Below, piece after piece: positions 25,942 to 37,369 of a stretch of 64,000 bases of DNA. The position numbers were made by a program, and so were the translations under genes. The DNA is from Cetorhinus maximus. Taxonomy: Eukaryota. Each line of letters begins with the position of its first letter. Position 1 is the stretch's first letter. Under the pieces are notes generated by a model, which had not been told where the DNA came from, ran no database searches, and worked only from the letters and a program-made list of their open reading frames with translations. The stretch lies in contig NC_135883.1 in NCBI RefSeq assembly GCF_964194155.1, positions 6,324,001-6,388,000 of the forward strand, read 5' to 3'.

Positions 25942-27620
25942 ATGGCCTCAGCAGCTGGTGGTCATGGGAGGGCAAGTTGGGTGGGCACTCTGCCCCCCGT
26001 TTCTCAGTTGAGTGCCTGGAAGTGCTGTTTGAGGAGGTCAGCGCCAGGCGGCATATCTTAATTCTCAGGCACGGCAAGACAATGCTGCACTACCTGACCA
26101 AGAAGGCCTGGACAGAGGTCGCCACCCAGGTCAGTGGCACGGCCTGGAGTACTGGGCGTGGCTTCCGTGCTGCAAAAGGTTCAATGATACGCTGCGGTCA
26201 GCAAGAGTAAGTGTAGGAATGACATGGACCTGTGCGGAGAACTTTAGTTGGGTGCCCATTTCTCGAATGTTTAGGGCTCTAAGCCTGTGTTTGCCAATTC
26301 GCCATTTTTCCCTGTCGGGAGGAGTCGTAACGCTGCGGAGCGCCGCAGAACAGGTGGAGGAGCCAAATCTGTGCTTCCTCACTAAGCAGGAGCGATGCAC
26401 TGGATCTGGAACGCCTCCGGCCAGCTCACTCCTCCGGTCACGGTGAGGCGGGGTCTCGGATGAAGAGTGCAGGTGACAGATGTGTGTGCGATGGGTACTG
26501 GAACCATAACGGGCTCCTCTCATCAGGAACTGAACTGTCGGAGCCAGAGAGCCCATTGAAGCTCCAATGGAAATGGTGCCATGCAGCAGGTCTCCACTGT
26601 CTCCTCAGCCCGCCCAGCATGCAGAGTGACTATGATGATTGAATGTACTGATCTTTTGCCTTCCTCCCGCAGCTGCACCATCCACAGGAGCCACCAGCGA
26701 CCCCGAGGACCCCCCATTGAGCTCAGACATCACACCTGCACCAACATCACACCATCTCTCTGAACCAGGCACCAGCGCAGATACTCACACCTCAGTGGAC
26801 ATTAGGTATTCGGCTCTGAGGGTAATTCACAGCGGTGAGGGCACATCACACTCGTATGAGGAGCTGTCAGGGGCAGAGAGGTCCCAGGGAGCTGACGGTC
26901 GGAGCACAGCTGGAGACCAGGACCAAGCTGAGTCCGAGGCAGATGACGAGTCTCTGGAGTGGCCCATCAGATGACAGATGCTGGATGTCCAGCAGGGTGG
27001 GTGGGGAGAACTGGCTGAGATCCATGAGGGTCTGCGCGCCACGATCTCTGTCATGGAGGAGCCCATGTGGAGCAAGAGTTCTTCGTTCACACTTAACACC
27101 GAGCGTACAGCCTCCTCCATTGAGAGAGCAGCGGCCCTCATGGAGAGGCAGTGTCAGGAGCAGACTCAGGGGTTCCTGGCATTCGGACCTGCAAGCCCTC
27201 ACACAGACAATGACCTCAGGAGGTCACTGCCAGTATGAGAGGTGGATGAGGCACCTAGTCTCACTGCTAGGTCCCCATCCATCGATGGTGAGCAGGGAGG
27301 TGCAAACACACCTCACACTGGCAGACGAGCTACCTGTTGTCTCTATGGGCTTCTCTCAGGGCGCTCTGGACATGGGCACCAGCTCCTCCGCCCCTCTGCC
27401 AGTGGCCGCTGCATCTGATGATGTCGTGCCCAGCTATGGGGCTGGATGCACCCTCCCAGGTGGAGCCTGCTCAGGGTCAGGCGGCTAGAGGACAATCGCC
27501 AAGGTCATCAGGGTCACCAGGACAGCAGAGTCAGCGACTGCCTCCAACACCACTGTCAGCGAGGTGGGGAGGGAGAGTGCGCGGGCACCGAGACACAGCT
27601 CCCACAGACGTAAGTTGAAG
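25942..27620 (+). pseudogene. Harbinger Myb/SANT-like DNA-binding protein, intron-containing, disrupted
   Basis: APRFSVECLEVLFEEVSARRHIL..TKKAWTEVATQVS. Donor GTAAGT lies near 26207 and acceptor CCTTCCTCCCGCAG ends at 26672. Downstream are acidic/Ser-rich and coiled-coil-like segments (ERTASSIERAAALMERQ). Frameshifts are present. Confidence 0.8.
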
Positions 27621-27914
27621 GCACCTTGAGCCCAGCAGGTGTGTGTCATGGGTGACATTTTTTGCATTAATTATTTTGACTTTTGGTTTAGGGATGGACA
27701 CTTTGTTCTTTGTTCATGTGAAGTAACATAAACATTTATGTGACTTAAATGGGCTGAGTTTGCTGGATGGTTTGAATAGCTGCCAGATGCAGCCCAGGCT
27801 TGTAAAAGTATGGTGTTGTGTGGAGCTGGCGTACTGGGTTGGGTTCTCGTTTATTGATTGTTAGCAAAGGAGACAGTGCCTTTGGCTTGTCGAGGCATCG
27901 ATACATTGGATGCC

Positions 27915-29116
27915 CAGCAGAAAGGTCGCTGGATCAAAGCATCCCTGGTGTCCCGGCCTCCATGAGGGTTCCTGTCCTCTGCCTCGAGGTCCTCACCCTG
28001 CACCTCCCCAGGCTCTTCCTCTGAGCCATCACTTGAGTCATCCTCCATGGCCTGTGGAGCTGCCTCGCTTTCCTCAACCTCCACTGGAGACTCCCCTTGC
28101 CAGAGCCAGGTTGTGTAGAGTGCAGCACGCGGCGACTATGAGGGAGACACACTCTGGAAGATACTGCGATACTCATCCTGATCGGGCCAGGCATCTGAAG
28201 CACATCTTCAGCAGCCCAATGGTCCTCTCCACCACTGCCCTTGTGGAGGCATGACTCCTGTTGTAACTCTCCTCAGCCTCAGTTCTTGGGTAACAAAGAG
28301 GGGTCTTCAGCCACCTCTTCAAGGGATAGCCCTCGTCACCCAGGGGCCATCCATCCACTCATGCAGGAGCCATGAACAGCCTTGGTACCTGTGAATGCTG
28401 CAAGACGTAAGCATCGTCTGAGCTCCCAGGGTAACGGACACAAACTTGGAGAATCGGTGTCCTGTGGTCACAGACGATTTGAACATTCATTGAGTGGAAC
28501 CCCTTCTGTTTACGAAAACTCCAGGCTCACCTGCTGGTGCCTTGATGGCTGTGTGAGTGTGTGGGAACTCAGCCATCACAGTGAAGCCTCATGTTCTCTC
28601 CGCCTGGCTCATCCTGTCTGTCCGGAACTGGATGAACGTGTGGACGTGTCTAAAGATATCATCAGTAACGAGCTTGACACAACTGTGTGCAGATGATTAA
28701 GAAACACCGCACACATCCCCCACCGAGCCCTGAAAAGAGCCTGAGGCAGAGAAGCTGAGGGTCACTGTGACCTTCAAAGCCACCGGCATGGGGTGTCCAC
28801 CCGCGCAGTTGGAGGCGATTTCTGAACCTATCATGTGACATATTGCTGTCACTGTGTCCCTGGAGAGGCGGCACTAGACCTCGGACATCTGGAGGTAGTT
28901 GGAGCGCTGCCTGAACACTCGAGACACTGAGTAGTGACATCTTCGGCGTGCCCTCCTGCTTTGGCCTCCCTGCTGGCCCTGCACCAAGTGAGCCTGGCCA
29001 CCTCCTCTTAAAGGTCTGACCCTGGGATGCTGCCTGCGCCCACTTGGCCTCCTCTCCCTCCTGCCCCTCTCCTCCTCTTCAGAGGAGGTTCCATCGGCGG
29101 AATACACTATCCCCAT
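27915..29116 (-). pseudogene. Harbinger DDE transposase (HARBI1-family fold), disrupted
   Basis: RVFRQRSNYLQMSE (N-terminus); RKGFHSMNVQIVCDH; [44 protein letters not shown]; acidic C-terminus ending RDALIQRPF. Contains stops and frameshifts. Confidence 0.9.
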
Positions 29117-29694
29117 TAGATGGGAGGCAGGGGAGCAGAGCCTTGAAAATGAAGGAGCTCTGTGCTGCAACAACCTTTTCAGGGAAGATGAAGACCTGAG
29201 ATGCTGAAAGGCAGACTTGACAATCAAACGAGATGCCAAGAAACTCTGGGACAGCTCTATACTCACACAGCAAAGGACAGAGAAATTGCTGCTGCCCTGG
29301 GGGCCTTTTACCCTGCCCGCGAATGATGAAATGATTAAAACGTGAACTCCGCCCACCCGTTTTGCCCGTGTGACAAGCTAAAAATCGCTGGGGCAATGTA
29401 AAATCATGGTCAATAGGCTTTTTAATGGCCTTAATTGGCTCTTTAATTGTCAGTGAGTGCTGCTTCGACTTCCGCGTGTGCCCGCCAGCCTGAATATTGC
29501 ATATGTGTGCGTAATGACATTGGGATGCACGCCCAATGTCTTTTCGCACAATTTTACGTGTATTCGGGTCGGGCACATGCCTGACCTCGGAACTCAAAAT
29601 TCAGGCCAATGTACATTTGTTTGCACAATAACAGCAACAGTACTTCAACGTATTTCATTGTATTTGAAATGCTTTGATATGTTTCTGAGACATT

Positions 29695-30015
29695 TTCAGA
29701 ACTCACCAAGGCTCCTTCCACAGCACCTTCCAAATCCACAACAGCTACCATCTAGAAGGACAAGGGCAGCAGATAGATGGGAACAACCACCACCTAGAAG
29801 TTCCCATCCAAGCCACTCACCATCCTGACTGGGAAATATATTGCCGTTCCTTCACTATCGCTGGATCAAAATCATGGAACTCCCTCCCTAACAGCGCTAT
29901 GGACTGCAGCGATTCATGAAGGCGGCTCACCACCACCTTCTCAAGGGCATATAGGGATGGGCAATAAATGCTGGCCCAGCCAGCGAAGCCCACATCCTGT
30001 GAATGAATTAAGAAA
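29695..30015 (+). mobile_element. LINE family B 3' end fragment
   Basis: Reverse complement of 20280-20600, ending GGGCAATAAATGCTGGCCCAGCCAGCGAAGCCCACATCC followed by an A-rich tail. Confidence 0.9.
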
Positions 30016-30065
30016 AATCATGATATGGTGCAAAATGGAAGCAAGTTTCAATTTTTGTAATAGCT

Positions 30066-30458
30066 GTTTTAACCACAGAACATGGTTAACCAAATGCTGC
30101 CACTTCAAGATGGTGCTATGATCCTCACCCACACCTAATCTCTCATCTTCAATTCATCACGTATCCATCCAAGAATAGTAACATAAAAAAGCTCTGAGCA
30201 AATCCCAGTTGAATAGTTCCATTATTGTATCAAAGGCAGTGGTTTCTTCTAATGTTGAGAATCTTATACATTGGTACAAATATTTTTGTGTCATTGGGCA
30301 GGGGTTACATTCAAGGGAAGTCAGTTTGCGTGCTGTTCCAAGATTGATCTTTGTTCATGTGCCGTTTTACCACAGAACATGGCTAACCAAATTGCTGCTA
30401 CTTTAAGAAGATGTTTTGATCCTTTCCCACACTTAACCTCTCACCTTCAATTCGTCAC
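30066..30458. repeat. Diverged direct repeat pair of about 95 bp (30066-30160 and 30364-30458)
   Basis: ACCACAGAACATGG(T/C)TAACCAAAT..TGATCCT..CCCACAC..CTTCAATTC(A/G)TCAC occurs twice, about 298 bp apart. Confidence 0.85.
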
Positions 30459-31380
30459 AGACTATGATTTTTTTTCTTGATTCCTCCTCCCATCCCACCT
30501 TTTATAGTAGATTTAATGAGCATGTGAAATGGTTATGAATAGGTCACCAATCATTTTGTGAGTATCACCCACAGATATTTCGAGAAATTTTAAAAGCAGT
30601 CAGATTTCTGATTTGTTCTGCTGTTATTGAATGGTTATCTTTAATTAAAAACTCCAGTGTTTGAACTGCGGTATAAGTACAGTATGAAAATATGTCTTTT
30701 GCTATTCGCCTGACAAAGTTTGCTCATCAAAGTTGAATGTACAGGGTTTTTTTAATTTCATTCTGAGCCAATCACCAAGGCTGTCCCTTTTGACAAGGAA
30801 CCAACAAACTAAACAGCATCATTTTTTCTAAGACTAAAACGTGATTCTGACACTCAACCCGTAGTGTTTTATGGCAGTTCTAGATTTTAGTCAGGGGTAA
30901 GGGCATTCCTGCTACTGTCCTGAACTTTCCTTCAGTTACTTATCATGTACCGACCAAAACTTCTCAAGTGCTGGTTCAGTTGCTATGTCGATTTTCCAGA
31001 AACCTTATGCAGAACAAATTGGGATTGGAAGTAAAAGAAGCTTTCTGTGACTGTATGTAATACAGGTTCCCTTCTTCCGATCCTAATCTGTTTATTCAGT
31101 GACATCTGAGCAAGCTGTGACTTCCATTTTTACCTTACTGGATGTTCCCTATTATGTACTGTGTTTACCTTGTAAAATTGTTCAAATTTCTAACTTTGCA
31201 AAATGCGCTAATGAGAAAACAAACTGAGAAAATCAACGATGCATGTGATACACCACATGATGTTTAGTGAATAGCTAATAGCCATTGATCATTGGTATAA
31301 ATGCAGAGTTTGTGGACACCAGTAGAGTGTAAACCCTCATTAAGTGCAAAGTGCTTCTTGCTCCATATTAACCCACTCAG

Positions 31381-31681
31381 GAGGTGTCAGCTGTGGCTCA
31401 GTTCATAGCACCCTCGCCTTTGAATCAGAGGGTTGTGGGTTCATGTCCCACTCCTGGAAAAACCAAGAACTGTGATTGTACTCGAAAGAAGTTGCAATCT
31501 GTGACTGTTGGTAACTCGAAAGAGTTTCCAATTACATTTATGAGGTGTCAGCTGTGGCTCAGTTCATAGCACCCTCGCCTTTGAATCAGAGGGTTGTGGG
31601 TTCATGTCCCACTCCCGGAAACCAAGAGCTGTGCTTGTACTCAAAAGAGTTGCAATCTGTGACTGTTGATAACTCAAAAGA
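31381..31681 (+). mobile_element. Tandem 1.9-mer of a 161-bp tRNA-SINE-headed unit flanked by a 14-bp direct repeat
   Basis: Units start at 31381 and 31542. A-box-like TGGCTCAGTT and B-box-like GGTTCATGTCC are present. ATTAACCCACTCAG occurs at 31367-31380 and 31682-31695. Confidence 0.85.
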
Positions 31682-32189
31682 ATTAACCCACTCAGTTGCA
31701 GAGACAACCCCCTGAAGTAGAGCCTTTATTGTGCACTGATATTGAAATTTTGATGGCAGGTTACATCCAAAACATTATCTTGCCTTTTGTCTTCACAGGT
31801 GCTTACCAATCTATACGTTCCCAGCATTTTCTTTTTGTTTGCTAACCTTGTTTCGAAAAGAGCAGATAGCAATTCGGCTTCACATTACCAGTATATTCAG
31901 TATTTCAGTCATCCAATTAAAAGCATTTAAAAGTCTCCTTCCAATGAGCTACGCAAGTTAACTAAACAGCAACGCAGTGCAACGACAATTCTTCATCAAA
32001 ATCCACTTGTCAGGATATAGAAATTACGGAATTTGCACCAGTGGCATTGTGGCCGAATGTTGCAATCACATTCAGGCAGAAATTACATTAACATTTGCAC
32101 CCATTTAAGAGTAGATTTAACTGACAGGAATTGATGTAAAGTTTCCTGCAGAGCTCATTTGCCTACGTTAGTATTTAATAGGTTCTCTT

Positions 32190-32530
32190 TCTTTTTATTC
32201 ATTCAGTGGGATGCGGGTGTTGCTGGCTAGGCCAGCATTTATTGCTCATCCCTAATTGCCCTTGTTCAGAGGGCATTTCAGAGTCAACCACATTGCTGTG
32301 GGTCTGGAGTCACATGTAGGCCAGACCAGGTAAGGACAGCAGATTTCCTTACCTAAAGGACATTAGTGAACCACATGGGTTTTTACAGCAATCAACATTA
32401 GACTTTTAATTCCAGATTTTTTATTGAATTCAAATTCCACCATGTGCCGTGGCTGGATTCAAACCCGGGTTCCCCAGAGCATTACCCTGGGCCTCTAGAT
32501 TACTAGTCCAGCAACAATACCACTCCGCCT
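32190..32530 (-). mobile_element. tRNA-derived SINE sharing its 3' tail with LINE family B
   Basis: Minus-strand head GGCGGAGTGGT..GGACTAGTAATC..GGGTTTGAATCC. The tail AAGGGCAATTAGGGATGAGCAATAAATGCTGGCC matches the LINE B tail. Confidence 0.85.
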
Positions 32531-32531
32531 C

Positions 32532-32750
32532 TGCTGATGGATGTTCAATACCCTCTAGTTGAAAGTAATTAGGTGAACAGGTGTCTGGTATTGATTAGTT
32601 AATCATACTCCAATGTGTATATAAAGAGGAATCATCCAGGATGAGGTGTGGGTTGTTAAAGTGAGCAATAAACAGGCTTTACCAAAGTGTTCTTCACAAC
32701 CAGGTTTGGAAATTCTCTGGCAGCCTTTACTGGAACTTATAACTAATACA
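32532..32750 (+). mobile_element. Possible short solo LTR
   Basis: TG..CA termini with TATATAAAG followed by AATAAA. No convincing TSD. Confidence 0.35.
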
Positions 32751-33007
32751 GCACCACTAATAGGAGTAATAGCAAGCAATTGCTTTCCTTCACTATGACA
32801 TCTTACTGTCAGATCTTCCCTCAGCTATTCCTCTACCATTTTAATGTGGAAATGGGGTACACCACAGAATTAGATTAATATTTGAAGGTGAAAATTTGTT
32901 GGGCTATATGGAAAGAGCAGGGGTTTAGGATTAATTGGATAACTCTTTCAAAGAGCTGGCACAGGCACAGTGGGTTAAAAGGCTTCATACTCTGTTATAT
33001 CATTCTA

Positions 33008-33448
33008 TGTAAATATATTTTCATTGGGCAGGTTGTATGTCTTTATAATATTTTAAAACTGTTAATTGTATAGGAATTGGGTGTTCAATTGTATTCACGT
33101 GGGCATTAACTGGGGATCCCCCTATGCTATATAGGTAGGAGCAGGGAGGACTGGGAGTATCTTGTCACCCCTGGAACTGTCACTTCTGCTTAGCTAAGTT
33201 TTTTTTTTAAAAGATGTTTTTTTTTGTTACAGTATATCAGTGGTCCCTTCGGGGCATTTAGCTCTTAGTTATTGGCAATCTTCTTTTTGGATCAAAAGAG
33301 ATGTATACATAGGAGCAGGCTGAAACTGTGGTGGGTGGTTTGGAGGTGCATGACATGTAATATGTATTTCTATAAATAAAAGCTTCTAGGCCTTGAAAGA
33401 TTAGGTTTCAGTTCTATCCTTCACTGCCTGGCTACCTGACTTCTAACA
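33008..33448 (+). mobile_element. Possible solo LTR
   Basis: TGTAA..TAACA termini, with AATAAA about 70 bp before the end. No TSD found. Confidence 0.4.
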
Positions 33449-33639
33449 GCAATGATCATTGAATTTTTAAATCAGTTTATTCAAGTACCTACACAGAATT
33501 TAAAATATCCTTCTATGGATTTAAATATTGTACTAGGCATGGATAGTGACATAAAACAACTTATATTGTGTAGCTAAGTTACCTATTATTAGATCTCATG
33601 TTAAATAACTTTAGTCATGCAAATAAGTGGACAGCCACC

Positions 33640-34118
33640 ACTTCTTTTGGCTTCTCCCATATTATTTGGGGTCGCTGCAATGGTACTTGATCATCTTCCT
33701 TCATCTCCTGTTAGTCACACGTTCCTCTTCCAATCTTGCTGCATTTAAGTCGCTCACCACTGCATATTTCCATCTGGTCTTAGGCCTTCCTTTTCTCCTT
33801 CTTCCTGGCAGTCTCATCTCCATCTTTTACCTCAACACATCTCCTCTCACTCTCCACAACAGATGACCAGACCATTTCAATCTGCTCAACTACTTTCTTC
33901 AATGCTCCCACAATCTTCTTTGACCCCCTGATGTGCTCATTCCTGATTTTGTCCTTTCTATTACATCACACATCCATCTCAGGATCAGCATCTCATTAGT
34001 ATCCAGTCCTTGCCCCTCCCTTCACGATGTTGCCCAAGTTTCTGCACGATACAACAAGGCCAGTCTCACAATTGTCTTATAGATTCTTCCTTTCAGTTTC
34101 AGCAATACTTTTCTTAAC
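33640..34118 (-). mobile_element. RTE-clade LINE 3' fragment (Rex3/Expander-like)
   Basis: The minus strand translates as KLKGRIYKTIVRLALLYRAETWA..EMLILRWMC..KDKIRNEHIRG. The 3' end is GCGACCCC..GGGAGAAGCCAAAAGAAG. Confidence 0.85.
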
Positions 34119-34124
34119 ACTTCT

Positions 34125-35450
34125 TGAATATTGCTGAAAAGAAAGACATGTTGCTGAAGCTTTATCTTGCACTCATCAGGACAAACACAAGGATATCAAA
34201 TTTCAAACAAACACAATATATACTAAAGGAGTAAAGGGTGCTGATTGGTTGGCAAGTCAACTCTGATTGGTCAAGGCATTGCCATTGAGAAAGTAACAGG
34301 AAACTATAGGCTCCCCAAACTCCAAGGTAATTCAAAAAAGGGGAAAAACTTGAATATATTCCTTTTGTTTGCAGAGAAGGAGTCCCTGCGTATGAATGCA
34401 TGTCACTTCTAGCAAGTGTATATGAGCCATATTACCAGCTTGACTAATTATCTTAAATTGGTTGTTCGTGTAGCTATTTGTGCACTCAGGATTGATCAGC
34501 AAGTGCTGCCCAATCACTGAATCACATCTAACAGTAGACATTTTGTTTTGGGTTTTGCAAGAGTGGGCTGGTTGAGTATGGCCTGTACTCTGCCTATTAC
34601 GTACAATCAGTCAGTCGTTGGGACTTACCGCTTACATACCTGGCATTGCACTGGAATTCATACGCAATGTTGCTAAGTTGTGTGGTAGGCAAAACATCTT
34701 TTTGGACTAATTGCAGCAGCCCGTTAGTGGTAAATAGTACTCACATAGCCACTGCATCATGGCAACATAAAACGGCTTGCTTAACCTGTTGTTTACATTT
34801 TTGAGATACTTTGCCTTTCCAGGATAATCTGAGGTAGATGGGCACTTTTCGGGTCTGAAAGTGGTGGCCTTTGGCCCGTTTGTGCAATACACAGAGATAA
34901 ATGATTTGATCATGATAGTCATTGTCCTGCAGGATATCTTTGATATGCTCCAATTATTCCTCAAGCTTGCAAAGTGAGCAAATTGGCTAGAGCCCTGTTT
35001 CCAAGATTGCTGGTAAAACCATGCTTATATCATGTGGAGTTATACGAATCCCAACGTGTGTATTGACTGGTGAAGGTACGCTTGCTATAGATAGCAGTGG
35101 AGAATCATCAACAGATTTCCCAACTAGCATATCGAGGAAAGGGAACTCACTAGACTGTTCACTCTCAAAAGTGAATGAGTGCAGGATGGAGCGGATTAAG
35201 ATGTTTAAGGAAATCCTTACACACTGCTGCAGATTCAAAGATTGCGAACATATTGTCTACCTATCGGAAATATACATGGAGTCAGAGGTTAGGAGTCATT
35301 CAGTTAAAAATGAATTTCTTGTGGAAACCAATGAAAATGTTAGTGAGCACTGGACCTCGAGGAGATCCCATGGCCACACAATCTATGTGGGCATAGATGG
35401 TATCATTAATACTGAACTCGACTGCACGAGTTGCTAAGTTCATAAATTCA
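34125..35450 (-). mobile_element. Penelope-like element, 5'-truncated, related to 500-3305
   Basis: Colinear reverse complement of about 1880-3305 (FTFESEQSSEFPFLD; PEKCP; DSVIGQHLL..QFKIISQA). Confidence 0.9.
34151..34184 (-). ncRNA. Degenerate hammerhead motif (probably inactive)
   Basis: Minus strand TTGTC-CTGATGA-GT(GCAAG)AT-AAA-GCT-TC-AGCAA. The G of the GAAA box is missing, but the AAGCTT palindrome is retained. Confidence 0.6.
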
Positions 35451-36289
35451 ATTTTTTTATATTCGATCACGGGATGTGGGCATCACTGGCCAGGCCTCAT
35501 GCTCTACTTTACAGGGGAGGTTTCCCCAGTGTCCTGGCAAATAATTAGTCCTCAACCAACAACATCCAAAAAAAGAGATTTTCTAGTCATGATGACATTA
35601 CTCTTTGGGGGAGCTTGCTCTGTGCAAATTGGCTGCTACATTTAAATTACAACAAGTGACTGCAGTTCAAAAACACTTTGATTTTAAAGTACATCATGAA
35701 GTTGCGAAGATGTAATATAAATGCCAGACTTTCTTTTTCCTTTTATGTGATATCAGGGTTAATCAGGTCAGATTTTCCATTCATTTTCTTGTTCTTTGTA
35801 CTCTTGAGAATTGAGTTATTTGTGGTAAACATTGCCTCAATTTGATCCTCCCTCTTATTTTTAGTGCCTCAAGTCTCCAAACTCCACCCCAATTCCTCCA
35901 ATTGCTACCATCTGAGGAAAGACATTTGCTGTACAAGGATATGTACCTTTTAGACTTACAAAAGCTCTCAAAACAACGCATTAATTAATGAGGACAAGTC
36001 TCAATGAGGAAGAGAAAAAAAAGCATAGAATAGTGCAAATTTTGGTCTTGTAGAGCAGTAACTAAGCGGATAAATTACACTGTTAACCATAGAGAAAAAA
36101 CATATATTTTCAATGTTTTATGCAAGGCTTTGCCCCATGAAAATTGTGGCAGCAAATCAGAATGTGGTTTAGTTGAGTCTCTGCTATGAATGGGGAAGAT
36201 TAGCATTTCCATTGATGAGCAGAGTTATCACACAAATGGATAAAAGGAAAATAAACAAGAGCAATAATGGAATCAAAAGAGTGACATTT

Positions 36290-37369
36290 TTCCTATTAAC
36301 TTTATTGCAAAGAGTTATCATCTTTCTCCCCTCCCTTTTAAGGTCTCGGTAAACAGTTTTAAATATTTGGTAATTTTAGTCACTCGATCCCTTGGAGACC
36401 TTTTTAAGCTCAACTTTGACCTTTTGTTGGAATGTACGAAGCAGGATTTAACATGTTGGTCTAGTTTACCCCTTTCTTTAGTTGGTCGTATAAATTCTGT
36501 AACGATTAATATTTTGCCAAAATTTCTATACTTACTTCAGTGCATTCCATTGTTTATTCACAATCGTTTTTTTTTGTTGTTGCAATAGACCAATTAATTT
36601 CTTTCTTTATTTGGAATGAGAAAACGCTCAGAATTTGTAAAGCTTTTCTACAAAGTCCCAAGCATTTAGGTGGTTTGGCATTGCCAAATTTTCAGTTTTA
36701 GTATTAGTCTGCGAATATCCGTAATATTTCTATTTGGCTTCATTCAGATTTGGCTAGTTTAGCGTGGGTGCAATTGAAGGCAGCCTCCTGTCATTCCACA
36801 CCTCTGCCTGCTCTGGTGTGCTCTTCCATTCCCTTCTCAACCAGTCACTTTTCTTCCAACCCTATCGTTGGACAGTCACTTAAGATTCGGACCCAGTTCA
36901 GAACACACTTTGGGCTGCAATCTCTCTCTTTACGCAGCCCTATTGATGCAAATCATTTATTTCCGCCTTCATTAGGAGATTCTGCCTTTCAAGTCTGGCA
37001 CATGAGAAGCATCAAAACCCTTGCTAACCTATACATTGATGATGCTTTTGCTTCTTTTGACACACTCTCTCTTGGAAGGTCTGTCACACACACTTCTTTC
37101 ACTATTTGCAAATCAGAGATTTTGCGCCCAAAGAAAATTGCCCAGTTTCCTTTATTACCCCCTAAATCACCGATAGATATTATGTTAAATTTATTAAATT
37201 TAGGAGGGATTTCATTTACAAATTGTATTCTCTAATTTTTTCACTACTCTGCCCTTCGCTTTCTACCTTAAAAAGTCTTTGGGATCAAGATTTTGACTCA
37301 GACTTATCGGAAAATAACTAGAAATCTATTCTCTCTTGTGTACATTCCTCATCCGATGATGCAAGACAT
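36290..37369 (+). mobile_element. L1-clade LINE ORF2 C-terminal fragment (part 1)
   Basis: FKYL..LFKLNF..WSSLPLSLVGRINSV..ILPKFLYLLQCIP and GGLALPNF. The reading frame continues at 39310 (ARH|GLLQFKILH). Confidence 0.88.

Larger units (their letters stand above)
25641..29607. mobile_element. Near full-length PIF/Harbinger DNA transposon (3967 bp), decayed
   Basis: Perfect 12-bp TIRs GGCCTGAATTTT / AAAATTCAGGCC, 3-bp TSD AAT, and convergent Myb/SANT-like and DDE transposase genes. Confidence 0.95.

Noticed and set aside
25942-29116. Domesticated HARBI1/NAIF1-like host genes, or a bacterial IS5-type contaminant
   Set aside because: Both genes are disrupted and enclosed by TIRs and a TSD. The spliceosomal intron signals and vertebrate repeat context exclude a bacterial origin.
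31470-31531. CTGTGA...GAAA as canonical hammerheads
   Set aside because: The core lacks a base relative to CUGANGA, and GAAA sits as a hairpin tetraloop rather than in a three-way junction.
31381-31681. Real tRNA genes or a CRISPR-like array
   Set aside because: The heads have degenerate A/B boxes and no convincing acceptor stem, so they are SINE-type. The repeats are head-to-tail with no unique spacers.
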